Source: Crassostrea angulata (taxonomy: Eukaryota). From it: a DNA stretch of 64,000 nucleotides. The notes under the pieces are model-generated. The model was not told the DNA's origin, did not search any database, and saw only the letters and a program-made list of their open reading frames with translations. The position numbers and the translations under genes were made by a program. Shown piece by piece: positions 23,349-33,715 of this stretch (the stretch's first letter is position 1; every line of letters starts with the position of its first letter). The stretch lies in contig NC_069115.1 in assembly GCF_025612915.1 (NCBI RefSeq), forward strand, positions 8,295,492-8,359,491. Reading direction: 5' to 3'.

Positions 23349-23497
23349 CTAATTAAGGACGTAGTGTCAGTAAGTGAGGCCACGAATTGGTCGACGCGAG
23401 GCAATGCGGAGGCTCAGTACAAGGCCCTCAGATGTCAGATATCCCATGTATCAGGAGGCCTACCCAGACAGATCCTAGATATCCTCAACCTGAAACA
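23349..23497 (+). CDS. PARP4: PARP4 exon 8 (start of the PARP regulatory/catalytic region)
   Basis: Acceptor CCTTTCAG|CTA; encodes LIKDVVSVSEATNWSTRGNAEAQYKALRCQISHVSGGLPRQILDILNLK, compared with human LIRDMVNVCETNLSKPNPPSLAKYRALRCKIEHVEQNTEEFLRVRKEVLQ; donor ACA|GTGAGT; ends in phase 2. Confidence 0.85.
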
Positions 23498-23648
23498 GTG
23501 AGTTTAGTACAATATTGTTCAAGATATCATTAATATCAATATCAGACCTTGAAGTACATGTAGATGTCTTCGATCTTGCATGTACTTCAATTAATCAGTG
23601 ATATTCTCAATCTGAAATGGTCTGATATATGTTTGCTTCATATAACAG

Positions 23649-23783
23649 AGGGGAAGAAATGAGAATTCAGAATGTATATGCCATACATCGGCCCTCAGAG
23701 AGTGAGAAATTCCGCTCAGACCTGAGTTCCATGCCTCTGTTTCATGCCTCCAGTGCAGAAAACTTTGTTGGAATTCTCTCCAG
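23649..23783 (+). CDS. PARP4: PARP4 exon 9 (PARP catalytic domain)
   Basis: Encodes (Q)GEEMRIQNVYAIHRPSESEKFRSDLSSMPLFHASSAENFVGILS, compared with human VLQIFRVGRVNETTEFLSKLGNVRPLLHGSPVQNIVGILC; acceptor TAACAG|A; donor CCAG|GTAAAA. Confidence 0.9.
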
Positions 23784-23879
23784 GTAAAAACTAGTTAATT
23801 ACCTTGTTGTCTAAAAATGTTCAGTTTTTGTTGTAATGAGAGAAATTATAGTGTTATTATGGTTAATGTAATATTACAG

Positions 23880-23978
23880 AGGTCTCCTAATGCCAAAGGT
23901 TGTCGTCGATGACTACGGAGGAAAGAGAACTGATCCAGGAATGCTGGGACATGGGATCTATTTTGCAAGCTCCGCAAG
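23880..23978 (+). CDS. PARP4: PARP4 exon 10 (PARP catalytic domain)
   Basis: Encodes RGLLMPKVVVDDYGGKRTDPGMLGHGIYFASSA, compared with human RGLLLPKVVEDRGVQRTDVGNLGSGIYFSDSLS; acceptor TTACAG|A; donor AAG|GTGTGT. Confidence 0.9.
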
Positions 23979-24690
23979 GTGTGTTCTCAATCATAATGAT
24001 AACGTTCTTAAAACTCACACAGTCATGATGATGGTAAATTTCAATGACTTTCTTGCTAGTTATTTTGCTGTGATACATAAAGGACTATGTGCGGTATGGT
24101 CAAATATCTGCCCCCGATTTCAACCAATTTTTAAATAGTATCGTATAAAAATAAACTCTTCACAAATCATTGTATAGAGGATGCCTATAACTTTAATGCT
24201 GATTTTAGTCATCATTGCTCATTCGCTGTTTATCTATGACATCAACTAAATGACATAATTCCTGCAAATTTGCAAACAAATGAAAATATTCTCATTTTTG
24301 CTCTATATTTTGCATTCGGAAGTATAGAGCGCAGGTCTGCTCAAGTGCGATTTAAACATATGTTTTTCTTCAGAAAGTTATACACATAATACTAAAAAAT
24401 GGTACTTGAGCAAGCCTGCGCTCGATGTTTCCCAGTCTAAAAACCATCGGAAAACACCCATATTTTGTCACAAAACATTAATTTATCAAAGAAATGCAAT
24501 CTTCATGACGTCATTTCTACATTATGACGTCACTGTGGTGATAACCTTCTACACCTTTATTTCCAATATGATTTTAACTATCTTTCACCTTATTTTTAAA
24601 GCTTTTTCTAAAACTTTGATTTTGGGGGCAAAAAATGCATAAAACCGCACATAGTCCTTTGACAGGGGATACTTTTGCAATTTTTTGTAG

Positions 24691-24874
24691 TACAAGCATA
24701 AAATACTCCAAACCAAGCAAAACCAGAAACACGCGGATGATGCTTGTCAGCCAGGTGGCGCTAGGAACCACGCTGGACGTGTACAAACATCAGTGGGACC
24801 TCACAGCACCACCCAGTGGCTACCACAGCGTCCATGGGGTGGCTGCCACAGAGGGGGTGGAGTCTGACTTTCAG
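24691..24874 (+). CDS. PARP4: PARP4 exon 11 (PARP catalytic domain)
   Basis: Encodes (S)TSIKYSKPSKTRNTRMMLVSQVALGTTLDVYKHQWDLTAPPSGYHSVHGVAATEGVESDFQ, compared with human TSIKYSHPGETDGTRLLLICDVALGKCMDLHEKDFSLTEAPPGYDSVHGVSQTASVTTDFE; acceptor TTTGTAG|T; donor CAG|GTGAGT. Confidence 0.9.
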
Positions 24875-25480
24875 GTGAGTAGATTTTTTAGTGGACTTCA
24901 CTTTCGTGAGAAGAAGTTTTCAGGTGAGTAGATTTTAGGGATGTAAGTGGATTTTACTGCTGGGGGAAATTCATCTGTTAAAAATGAAGTTTTCTGAATA
25001 TTTTATGCTCAACATAATGGGAGTTTTTGAAATTCAGAGCATATCGTACGTATAACTTCATATAACAGCAATTTCACTGTTAATTTCCTTCCTTTCAATA
25101 CAATTTTTTATATGCTCCCAAAAACGTGGGGGCCAACTCCATCTCAATTTACTTTTTTTTTCTCTGTAAATTAAAAAAAAAAAATGTTTGCTGTGGAAAA
25201 AAAAGCCCCCCTGGCCCCCTGATGCTACATGTATTTGCCTGACATGAATGTTTCTACCACCAAAATTTTTGTTTGATTGCTCTTTATTATTTTGTATTAA
25301 TTTTATCAGGACTTTGTATTTCACGGCATGCATGTTTCTTTGTGATTTTTGCACTATGCTGAACCATCAAAAATGAACTTATGATCATGATAAAGACTGA
25401 TTTAACTTTTACTATGTTTCTTGGTATGAATTTGGTATCTATAACTCACAAAATTGATGTTTTCATCATGTTGACTTTAG

Positions 25481-25625
25481 GACGATGAGTTTGTTGTGTA
25501 CAGCACAGACCAACAAATGTTGAGTTATCTCGTTGAGTTCACCATTGGCAACGAGATTCCTGTCGAGATTTCTGTTGAAAAAGAGGCTTTGGAAAGGGAG
25601 GAAACTCCAGAAGAGACCATTATAG
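25481..25625 (+). CDS. PARP4: PARP4 exon 12
   Basis: Encodes DDEFVVYSTDQQMLSYLVEFTIGNEIPVEI..., compared with human DDEFVVYKTNQVKMKYIIKFSMPGDQIKDF; acceptor GACTTTAG|GAC; donor ATAG|GTCAGT; ends in phase 1. Confidence 0.85.
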
Positions 25626-25943
25626 GTCAGTGATAGAAAATATTTTAAATACAAAAGAAAATCACTCATAATGCCCAATTCAAGCCTTTTTAGTATAAAA
25701 TTATTATTATAATAAAACGATAACATGGAATAAGAAATTACTTGGCTATTCATGTTTTTAATTTGAGAATAAGACTTAATTTAGATACATGTATACCTAC
25801 AAATGTATTAATACAAGTAAACAAAAAAATGAAAATGTATATGAAACTTTTATTTCATCTGTGTTTTTTTGACTAAACAGTAATTTAAGAACAGTAACTA
25901 TTATAGATAAAATTTCAAGATATTTTGCTGGTTGATTTTGCAG

Positions 25944-26074
25944 ACATCAGCGATGTACATGATGTCACAAACCCATTGACAAAGGTCAAGGCTGGCTTGG
26001 TTTCTAATGACAACACCCCTGTTACTCTACTTGAAGCCCATATCCGAGCTAAACTGATTGACTTGGCAGGGGAG
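25944..26074 (+). CDS. PARP4: PARP4 exon 13
   Basis: Encodes (D)ISDVHDVTNPLTKVKAGLVSNDNTPVTLLEAHIRAKLIDLAGE, compared with human ..AGLQDASGNLVPLEDVHIKGRIIDTVAQ; acceptor TTTTGCAG|AC; donor GAG|GTAAAC. Confidence 0.8.
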
Positions 26075-26502
26075 GTAAACAGTTTAAGTTGAAAAAAGTA
26101 ACTTTGAATTCATAATTTTATCTCCCCTTAGATTTGATAAACATTCTATTCATAAAACATTCCCTTAAAAATAAAGAGATACGCAACATAGCGCGGTGTT
26201 AAACATTTAATTGAGGGTTTTTTAGCAGAGTTTTATCAGCTCAAATTAATTAAGAAAATTTCTGATTGTTGATTACATTTAATATGATTGTACACATGCA
26301 GTCAATCAGACACTACAGTAGGGTAAAATTGTATTCAATAATTAATGATAACTTCAAATGTGTTTAACTTTTTACAGTCTTTTTAGAATATATGAAATCG
26401 ATGATCATGATCAATGCAACTTGGTCATTGACAAGTAAAATTTGATTGAAGTGGCAAACACATACTGATTTTGATGTATCAACATTTGTAGTACAAGTAC
26501 TG

Positions 26503-26646
26503 CATCAGTATTTGGTTCGGTTGTCAGGTGGTGGTGTTACAAGAGTACCACAACAACGATTGATTGTAATAGTACATCAGTATTTGGTTCGGTTGTCAGG
26601 TGGTGGTGTTACAAGAGTACCACAACAATAGTGACCAGGCCCTGGA
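26503..26646 (+). repeat. 72-bp tandem duplication spanning the intron 13 / exon 14 acceptor of PARP4
   Basis: CATCAGTATTTGGTTCGGTTGTCAGGTGGTGGTGTTACAAGAGTACCACAACAA at 26503-26556 and again at 26575-26628. Confidence 0.85.
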
Positions 26647-26824
26647 GGCTAAGTACGTCTTCCCGCTGGATGAAATGGCGGCGGTGTGTGGCTTTGAGGC
26701 GTTCATCAATGGGAAACACATCGTTGGGGAGGTGAAGGAGAAAGAGACGGCCCACCGGGAATACAAGCGGGCCGTCCAGGAGGGGCATGGGGCGTACCTC
26801 ATGGACCAGGACGAAGAAACACCG
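26600..26824 (+). CDS. PARP4: PARP4 exon 14 (VIT domain)
   Basis: Encodes VVVLQEYHNNSDQALEAKYVFPLDEMAAVCGFEAFINGKHIVGEVKEKETAHREYKRAVQEGHGAYLMDQDEETP, compared with human VIVFQTYTNKSHVPIEAKYIFPLDDKAAVCGFEAFINGKHIVGEIKEKEEAQQEYLEAVTQGHGAYLMSQDAP; acceptor TTGTCAG|GTG (second copy of a 72-bp tandem duplication); donor CCG|GTATAC. Confidence 0.9.
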
Positions 26825-27139
26825 GTATACATGATGCAGTTTTTAAAATCAAATTTCATTTCATTTTAGCATGATTAACAATAAGTTGTTAGATAATGCA
26901 GTAAGTATGGTGAACATTCTGAAGGTAGGGGTAAACGATCATATTCCTTTATGCCTTAAAAAAATATTAGACATTCATGAAGGTAAAACTGAAAAAAGGT
27001 TAAAAAAAAAGAGACAGAGAGACCGATTTTGTTGAATGAATCTGACCGTAGTCATGAGATTGATTGTTATATTATGCTTCCTCACTGCCATACCCCTCAT
27101 ACATTTACAAAGAGGTACATGTATTAAGAGTTATCCTCT

Positions 27140-27960
27140 CATGTTTTTATACCCCCCGCAAACGAAGTTTGGGGGGGGTATATAGGAATCACCTTGTCCG
27201 TCCGTCCGTCTGTCCGTCTGTCTGTTCAATTCGTGTCCGGTCCATATCTTTCTTATGGAGAAACATTGGAAGTTTTTACTTCACACAAATATTGCTTATG
27301 ACCTAAGGGTGTGTCATGACCTTGACCCAAGGTCATTTGGGCAAGGTCAAGGTCACTGGCAGAAAAAGTTCAAAATTTGTGTCCGGTCCATATCTTTTTA
27401 ATGGAGAAACATTGGAAGTTCTTATTTCACACAAATATTGCTTATGACCTAAGGGTGTGTCATGACCTTGACCCAAGGTCATAAGGATTAAGGTCACTGG
27501 CAGAAAAAGTTCAAAATTCGTGTCCGGTCCATATCTTTTTGATGGAGAAACATTAGAAGTTCTTACTTCACACAAAGATTGCTTATGACCAAAGGGTTTG
27601 TCATGACCTTGACCCAAGGTCATTTGGGCAAAGTCAAGGTCACTGGCAGAAAAAAATCAAAATTCGTGTCCGGTCCATATCTTTCTTATGGAGAAACATT
27701 TGAAGTTCTTACTTCACACAAAAATTGCTTATGACCTAAGAGTGTGTCATGTCCTTGACCCAAGGTCATTTGAGCAAGGCCAAGGTCACTGGAAGTAAAA
27801 GTACAAAATTCATGTCCAGTCCATATCTTTTTAATGGAAAAATATTGGAAGTTCTTAATTCACATCAAGATTGCTTATAGTCTGAAGGTGTGTCATGACC
27901 TTGACCCAAGGTCAATTGAGGAAGTTCAAGGTCATTGTTTCAAAAAAAAATCGGGCTCAG
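27140..27960. repeat. Intronic (CCGT)n microsatellite followed by a ~146-bp tandem repeat (~5.5 units); same architecture as the pearl/Helentron internal arrays
   Basis: GTCCGTCCGTCCGTCTGTCCGTCTGTCTG at 27195-27223; repeat anchors GTGTCCGGTCCATATCTTT at 27233, 27379, 27520, 27666 and 27812; each unit contains TGACCTTGACCCAAGGTCA and AGGTCAAGGTCA motifs. Confidence 0.75.
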
Positions 27961-28630
27961 TATACTTATAATTCAAAATGTTTATATTAAATGGCTGCTT
28001 GACATGTGGAATTTTGTTTGATTCGAGTCATGTTTGTTAACATAAGGATGCAAATGTCCTCATGCATTAACAGTTAACTTGAACTAAAATGGAATTTGAA
28101 GAATAGAGATTGGTTTGTGTACTCATATTAGCATTAACAGTTTTATTAAAAAATAGAGCAGTTATTATGTATAGAAAATGGACAGTGAAATAGATTCATC
28201 CAATGTTTTCTATAATAGAAAAAATACATGAGTTATGATTTTCTTAGCGGGGGGTATCAATTGTGAGCTTGCTCACAGTACCTCTAGTTGTGTTTGTCTA
28301 TCGGTCCATTCCCATTAAAACAGCAAATACTCATACTTGGAACCAAGGTTAATGTTGTTTATGTCATTGTGTCATGACCTTGAACCATGGTAATTTGAGT
28401 AATTGGCAATTGCAAGGTTAAGGTCAAACAACATTGCATTTTTCTCAAAAAGCTAGTTGGGATATTGTGAAAGCTAAGTTTAAAAAGAGAATAGATATAA
28501 ATACATCCTGATTCAACTAAAAGTGTGTAGTTGAATCAGGATGTATTTATATCAGTTTACTCCTCATAGACTTGATTTAGAATTTATCACGTACATATTT
28601 AACAATTGGCGGACTTTTTGTTTGTTACAG

Positions 28631-28801
28631 GAGGTGTTCACGGTCAGCGTGGGGAACCTCCCCACGGGGGCTGTGGTGGTCATCAAGATCACCTATGTCA
28701 CAGAGCTACAGGTGGACGGTGATCTCATCAACTTCCGTCTCCCAGGCAGCGTGGCACCATGGAAACAAAAATTTGTTGACGCACCAGAATTCAAAGACAA
28801 G
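28631..28801 (+). CDS. PARP4: PARP4 exon 15 (VIT domain)
   Basis: Encodes EVFTVSVGNLPTGAVVVIKITYVTELQVDGDLINFRLPGSVAPWKQ.., compared with human DVFTVSVGNLPPKAKVLIKITYITELSILGTVGVFFMPATVAPWQQ; acceptor TTGTTACAG|GAG; donor AAG|GTTTAA. Confidence 0.9.
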
Positions 28802-29053
28802 GTTTAATGTTTAATTGTAGCAGACAAGTTCTTAATAAAGCAGTGAATATCAAAAACAAGTGCCATTGGCTATATTTCTAGTCTATATTTCAGTTGATAA
28901 CTCATGAACATAAAATATAGATTTTTATGGTCATTTGGTGTTAACACTGTGGAACCATTATTTTTCCTAGTGGCCATTTTGGGGAGATAGTCTTTGTTTA
29001 TATATTATTGATAAATAATTTTCTGTTTTACTGTCTGTCTGCTCTTTGTCATA

Positions 29054-29164
29054 GAGCTGGGACACAGTACAGGTGGGAAACACCTGCTGTAGTGTACAGG
29101 TGTATGTAGACATGCCCTTTGACATCCGGAGTCTGGAGTGTCCCACGCATAAAGTACTCTCCAA
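29054..29164 (+). CDS. PARP4: PARP4 exon 16
   Basis: Encodes SWDTVQVGNTCCSVQVYVDMPFDIRSLECPTHKVLSK, compared with human SFSLTMSIEMPYVIEFIFSDTHELKQK; acceptor TGTCATAG|AGC; donor CAAG|GTAATC. Confidence 0.8.
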
Positions 29165-29405
29165 GGTAATCTATAGATACATTATCCACTTTTCTTATAC
29201 ATGTAATGATTTTGGTTTAATGTTATAATTATGTTGTAACAGGATTATTCTGTTTAACTCACATGTAGGCTAAACTTGTGATAGGAAGAGAAGATACATT
29301 GCACATATTGAAATAAGATGTACATTGTCAAAACTTCTAAAAGCAAGCTGGCAATTTTCCTATGTATTAAAAACACTACAAAATTACTAATTATATTATT
29401 CACAG

Positions 29406-29537
29406 AGGACAGCCACAAAGGCCGTGGTGCAGATGAAAGACAATCAGATGTTGGAGGATGGATTCCAGCTTCTGATCGGTCTAGCAGAAATCCATGTTCC
29501 GCGGATGTGGGTCGAGTCCGATGAAGGAGGGTCACAG
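29406..29537 (+). CDS. PARP4: PARP4 exon 17
   Basis: Encodes RTATKAVVQMKDNQMLEDGFQLLIGLAEIHVPRMWVESDEGGSQ, compared with human RTDCKAVISTMEGSSLDSSGFSLHIGLSAAYLPRMWVEKHPEKESE; acceptor TTCACAG|AGG; donor CAG|GTGAGT. Confidence 0.9.
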
Positions 29538-30001
29538 GTGAGTCTGGAAATATATGGAATTCTCAGGGAATAGTTTTAATTTAATTTATATTTACAATTG
29601 GGTTGCTTGTAAAAATGATGATTAAATAAAGATAAAATTTAGAAAGCAGAGAAAGATGAAATATAATATTTTACCCATTATCCAGCAAGAGGACGAGAGC
29701 AAGTTCATTGTCCACAAGACAGCAGCTTTTTTTGGAGGCAAAGCTGATTGCGTAGTATTGCATTTAAAATACATTTTACATTTTTATACATTTTACATTT
29801 TACATTTTTATACATTTTGAAAAATTATATTACTGGTATCTTAATGGAATAAACATTATTGAAATAGACATCAGGCATTAGTTATGTAAGTCCTCACCAT
29901 TGGGCTTTGTTATAGCTCTATAGCTTGGTTTGGATCTTAAAGTTTTGAACATTCAAATAACCTAAAGTGACAGTCAATCTGACAGCTTGTGACTTTACTA
30001 G

Positions 30002-30188
30002 GCATGCATGTTGACCTTTTACCCGGAGTTTGAGGCTGATGAGGAGTCAGAGGTTGAGGTCATCCTGATGATTGACAGCTCCAACTCAATGAAGGACTCC
30101 TCCCACCGTGATGCCAAAAAGGCTGCTCTCCTTGTGTTACATCTCATGGATCCAACATGGAGGTTCAATGTGGTCTCATTCGGGACAG
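30002..30188 (+). CDS. PARP4: PARP4 exon 18 (vWA domain)
   Basis: Encodes ACMLTFYPEFEADEESEVEVILMIDSSNSMKDSSHRDAKKAALLVLHLMDPTWRFNVVSFGT, compared with human ACMLVFQPDLDVDLPDLASESEVIICLDCSSSMEGVTFLQAKQIALHALSLVGEKQKVNIIQFGT; acceptor TTACTAG|GCA; donor ACAG|GTATAG; ends in phase 1. Confidence 0.9.
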
Positions 30189-30196
30189 GTATAGTT

Positions 30197-30198
<2 letters not shown>

Positions 30199-30246
<48 letters not shown>
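30199..30246. repeat. (GA)24 microsatellite 11 bp downstream of the PARP4 exon 18 donor
   Basis: Direct read. Confidence 0.95.
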
Positions 30247-30251
<5 letters not shown>

Positions 30252-30318
30252 AGCTAGTCCAAAATGGAAATTATTAGGTACATGTAGTTGTAAAATTTTA
30301 TGGTTTTTTGTCTTTTCA

Positions 30319-30392
30319 GCATTCAGAGAACTTTTCCCATCGAGTCTACCAGCCAATAAATTCAATGTACAGACAGCAAGGCAGCATATTCA
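30319..30392 (+). CDS. PARP4: PARP4 exon 19 (vWA domain)
   Basis: Encodes (G)AFRELFPSSLPANKFNVQTARQHIQ, compared with human GYKELFSYPKHITSNTMAAEFIM; acceptor CTTTTCAG|CA; donor TTCAG|GTCTGC. Confidence 0.8.
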
Positions 30393-30955
30393 GGTCTGCC
30401 AGTTACACAAACAAATGTATTTGTACTAGTCATGTACAAGCATGTAGTCATGAAAAGACGTGTAATATAATAAAACAAGACAAAAACATCTTTTAAACAC
30501 CAACTCAGGTCCATTATATTCAGTTTGCCTCTGAATTACAAAATGTCGAAAAATAAAACGCAGATTTGCAAATTTATTAATCTTAGACTAAATGAAATAT
30601 TGAACATAGATAACAGAGATTGTATGAAATTCTATTAATTTTAAAACTTAAGAGGGAGAAATGATATTATAATATCATCTTAATTATTGCTGAAGAAGCT
30701 AGGGAGAGGGGAGAACTTGGTCTGAAGACCATCAAGAGAGTCTGTTGAGAGACCGATGATGGTGATATTTAAAGGTTTATAGATGAAAAAAATGAAATAA
30801 ATATAGACAAGGCATCAATATTTTTTTTTCAAAAATATAGACGGACTATAAATTTCCGGAATCAAACATATGCAAATACATATACATGTAGATATACCAC
30901 AAAAGTAAGGAAAACATTGTAAAAAAAATTATGAATGTGTTGACATTTATTGCAG

Positions 30956-31143
30956 AAATTACAAGCAAACCAGGGTAATACTGAACTCTGCAGGCCTTTA
31001 CACTCTTACTACCTCCTTAAATCAGAGAGTTCCACCAGGAACATCTTCCTTTTCTCTGATGGCTATATCAACAATGATGAGGATACTCTGGTCAAAATAT
31101 CCCAGAACTCTCAACACACAAGGGTCTTCACTATGGGAATCAG
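30956..31143 (+). CDS. PARP4: PARP4 exon 20 (vWA domain)
   Basis: Encodes KLQANQGNTELCRPLHSYYLLKSESSTRNIFLFSDGYINNDEDTLVKISQNSQHTRVFTMGI, compared with human ..MGNTDFWKTLRYLSLLYPARGSRNILLVSDGHLQDESLTLQLVKRSRPHTRLFACGI; acceptor TTATTGCAG|AAA; donor TCAG|GTACTG; ends in phase 2. Confidence 0.9.
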
Positions 31144-31387
31144 GTACTGTAAATTCCTTATTTTACGTGAGTACCTAATTCCGTGATTCATCCGTTTTCC
31201 ACTAAATCGCAAGAACATAAAATCGCGAATGCCGAATTTTAATCAAAGTTACTTATATTTTACATCTGTCCGAAAAATGAAAGCGAAATTTTAAAATTCA
31301 CGAGATGTTTTTCTCGCGATTTTACGCGGATATTAACTCCTCGCTTGTAATTAGGAATCTACAGTATGTAAAGAACGAGTTAAGCTC

Positions 31388-31560
31388 TGTATGTGGCTCA
31401 GTGGTCATACATGTTAATCCAGTAACCTAAAGGTCACTGGTTCAAGCCTGCTTTGGTCACTTGATGTTGTGTGCTGTGTCGTTAGACAAGGCACTTTATC
31501 TGTATTTTTTCGGTCAACCTAGTTTCAATGGGTACTAGCTGGCTTATGCCAGTAGTTAGG
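31388..31560 (+). mobile_element. Candidate tRNA-derived SINE in PARP4 intron 20
   Basis: Pol III box A-like TGGCTCAGTGGTC and box B-like GGTTCAAGCCTGC about 40 bp apart, followed by a non-tRNA body. Confidence 0.35.
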
Positions 31561-31987
31561 GATACCTGTGATGGAATGGCGTCCCATCAAGAAGGAAAAG
31601 AGTAGAGAAAATCTCAGTGTAATGCACAGGGCAATGTCAAATTTGTCTCTGATCCTTTTGCTGTCAGAATTACATGTTTTGATTGTTTGTCAAGTAAAGA
31701 TACTTAGAGTCATGAAATTCTATTGGATTAAAAATCTCCATATTTGCTAGAAATATTTTTACCAATACTTAATGATAAAGTATTGAATTGTTTCATTTCT
31801 TCTATACTACAATATGTGTCATGATTTGGAAGAGCCATAATTGTAAAATAGCAACATAATAACTGCAATATTGGCCTCAAATTGGTGGAACTTTTCTATG
31901 TTTTGATCATATTAATGAAACATAAAACAATCTTAAGTTTGCAAGCATAATGAGAAGTTACAATGTTGTAATTTCTCTCACCAACAG

Positions 31988-32087
31988 CTCTGTAGCAAAT
32001 CGTCATCTCCTGAAAGCAATAGCCAGAGTTGGAGCAGGCTCTTTTGAATTCTATGATTCCAAGTTCAAATCCAAGTGGGAAGATAAG
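31988..32087 (+). CDS. PARP4: PARP4 exon 21 (vWA domain)
   Basis: Encodes (S)SVANRHLLKAIARVGAGSFEFYDSKFKSKWEDK, compared with human GSTANRHVLRILSQCGAGVFEYFNAKSKHSWRKQ; acceptor CCAACAG|C; donor TAAG|GTAAGT. Confidence 0.9.
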
Positions 32088-32331
32088 GTAAGTTCTATGG
32101 TTCTAAGTTCAAATTCAATTGGGAATTCAAAATAAGGTGACAGAATGATATAATTAAGCAGTTATGAATATATTAAAAAGCAATTCTATTGCACTAAAAT
32201 CTACCACCATGTAACGGTATGTATACATTTACAATTCATCCAAATTGTAGAATTTTATAGAATATGCCATTATATTACTAAAAAGTAATGGAGACTTTCA
32301 ATAATTATATGTTTTTTATTTGTCTTGTCAG

Positions 32332-32499
32332 GTCAGATCCCAGTTACAGAAAGCGGCCCAGCCAGTGCTGACCTCGGTGTCCGTTGACTGGCGCCATGAC
32401 GACCAGCACCCTGCACCAATACAAGCTCCACAGCAAATCACCGCTCTGTTCAGCGGCTCACGCCAAGTGGTCTACGGATTCGTGGACAACTGCTACATG
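32332..32499 (+). CDS. PARP4: PARP4 exon 22
   Basis: Encodes VRSQLQKAAQPVLTSVSVDWRHDDQHPAPIQAPQQITALFSGSRQVVYGFVDNCYM, compared with human IEDQMTRLCSPSCHSVSVKWQQLNPDVPEALQAPAQVPSLFLNDRLLVYGFIPHCTQ; acceptor CTTGTCAG|GTC; donor ATG|GTGACT. Confidence 0.9.
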
Positions 32500-32694
32500 G
32501 TGACTGGCTTTATTTTATACTGTAACCAACTTTTTATAGAGGATGCAATTTTATGAGTAAGGGGTATGGAGGAAATCCCCAGAAATTGAGCTAACATGAA
32601 TATAAATGGTGCCACTTTGGCAGTATTTTGTCTCAATTTTTAACAGTTAATCCAATCAGCTGTAAGTTAATTATTGGTATATTACATATATTAG

Positions 32695-32775
32695 GCTACC
32701 CTAAAAGCAAAGATTGGTGTTCAAGAGATATCTACTATTGTCTCGACCTCTGACCTCAGTGTTACAAAGGGCAAG
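32695..32775 (+). CDS. PARP4: PARP4 exon 23
   Basis: Encodes ATLKAKIGVQEISTIVSTSDLSVTKGK, compared with human ATLCALIQEKEFRTMVSTTELQKTTG; acceptor TATATTAG|GCT; donor CAAG|GTAAGA. Confidence 0.8.
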
Positions 32776-33048
32776 GTAAGAGTTCAAACTACTGGTACAT
32801 AAAAGCTAGATTCTTATCTAAAGGATATAATGCTTTTAATTATCATAGTTACATTGTTATAATTCAGAGATTTCAGAAAAATGGTACATGTATAAATTGA
32901 TAACAACTAGTATTTATTCATTTTGATATATAAGCAGATTTTCTTAATAATGTACACTGTGGTTTATCAATAACATACCATCTTGTGAGATGATATACAA
33001 CTGATACCATTTTAACACTGCGTGTCATTGTTGAGATTCTGCTTGTAG

Positions 33049-33129
33049 ATGCTGCACAGATTAACTGCCAAGGGAGTGATCCGAGATTGGGAGGACGGAG
33101 TTCTCTCCCCTGATAGGACCGGCCATGAG
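33049..33129 (+). CDS. PARP4: PARP4 exon 24
   Basis: Encodes MLHRLTAKGVIRDWEDGVLSPDRTGHE, compared with human TMIHKLAARALIRDYEDGILHENETSHE; acceptor GCTTGTAG|ATG; donor GAG|GTAAAC. Confidence 0.9.
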
Positions 33130-33329
33130 GTAAACAATGCAGTACTTACACATAATGTCCATTTTTTTTTTTCCTGTTCCCTTTCTGAGATCTTTGTGTA
33201 AAGTTCACATGGAAAATTCTGTCTTGTGTGCCTACAAAATAACAGAAGAAGGGATTCACTGACAGGAAAGACTAATGAGATTTAGAGTATGATAACTGTA
33301 TACTGGGATTTAAATATTCCTCTTTGTTT

Positions 33330-33500
33330 TATTTTTGCCCCTTTCGCCTTCATGTCTGTGGGCGAATTCAAGACTGGGGATTTCTAATGTGACAGTCTTA
33401 TATTATCTCTTTAAATACAACTGTGTCTGGGCGAATTCAATATGGGGCGAAACTGTTTGCAAGTGTAGAAGGGCGAAAATTACTCGGGGCTAAAATAACC
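33330..33500 (+). repeat. Interspersed repeat with GGGCGAATTCAA / GGGGCGAAA subrepeats; an inverted copy lies at 53760-53960
   Basis: ATTTTTGCCCCTTTCGCC at 33331-33348 vs GGCGAAAGGGGCAAAAAT at 53922-53939, and further matching GGCGAA-type blocks. Confidence 0.45.
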
Positions 33501-33543
33501 CTGTTATACAGTATTTCATTTTTTGCACTTTTTGCACCCACAG

Positions 33544-33645
33544 GTTAAGAAAATGAACCTGAAACAATACGTCATTGAGCTGAGCAAGAGGTACTCCATT
33601 GTGACCTCACTGACCAGCTTTGTAGCCATTGAAAAACGAGAAAAG
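33544..33645 (+). CDS. PARP4: PARP4 exon 25
   Basis: Encodes VKKMNLKQYVIELSKRYSIVTSLTSFVAIEKREK, compared with human MKKQTLKSLIIKLSKENSLITQFTSFVAVEKRDENE; acceptor CACCCACAG|GTT; donor AAG|GTAAAT. Confidence 0.9.
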
Positions 33646-33715
33646 GTAAATGTTGTTTACTTTTATGATTGGGATCCGATAAAATTTGTTTCACTTTGAA
33701 ACTTGAGGTGAAAAG

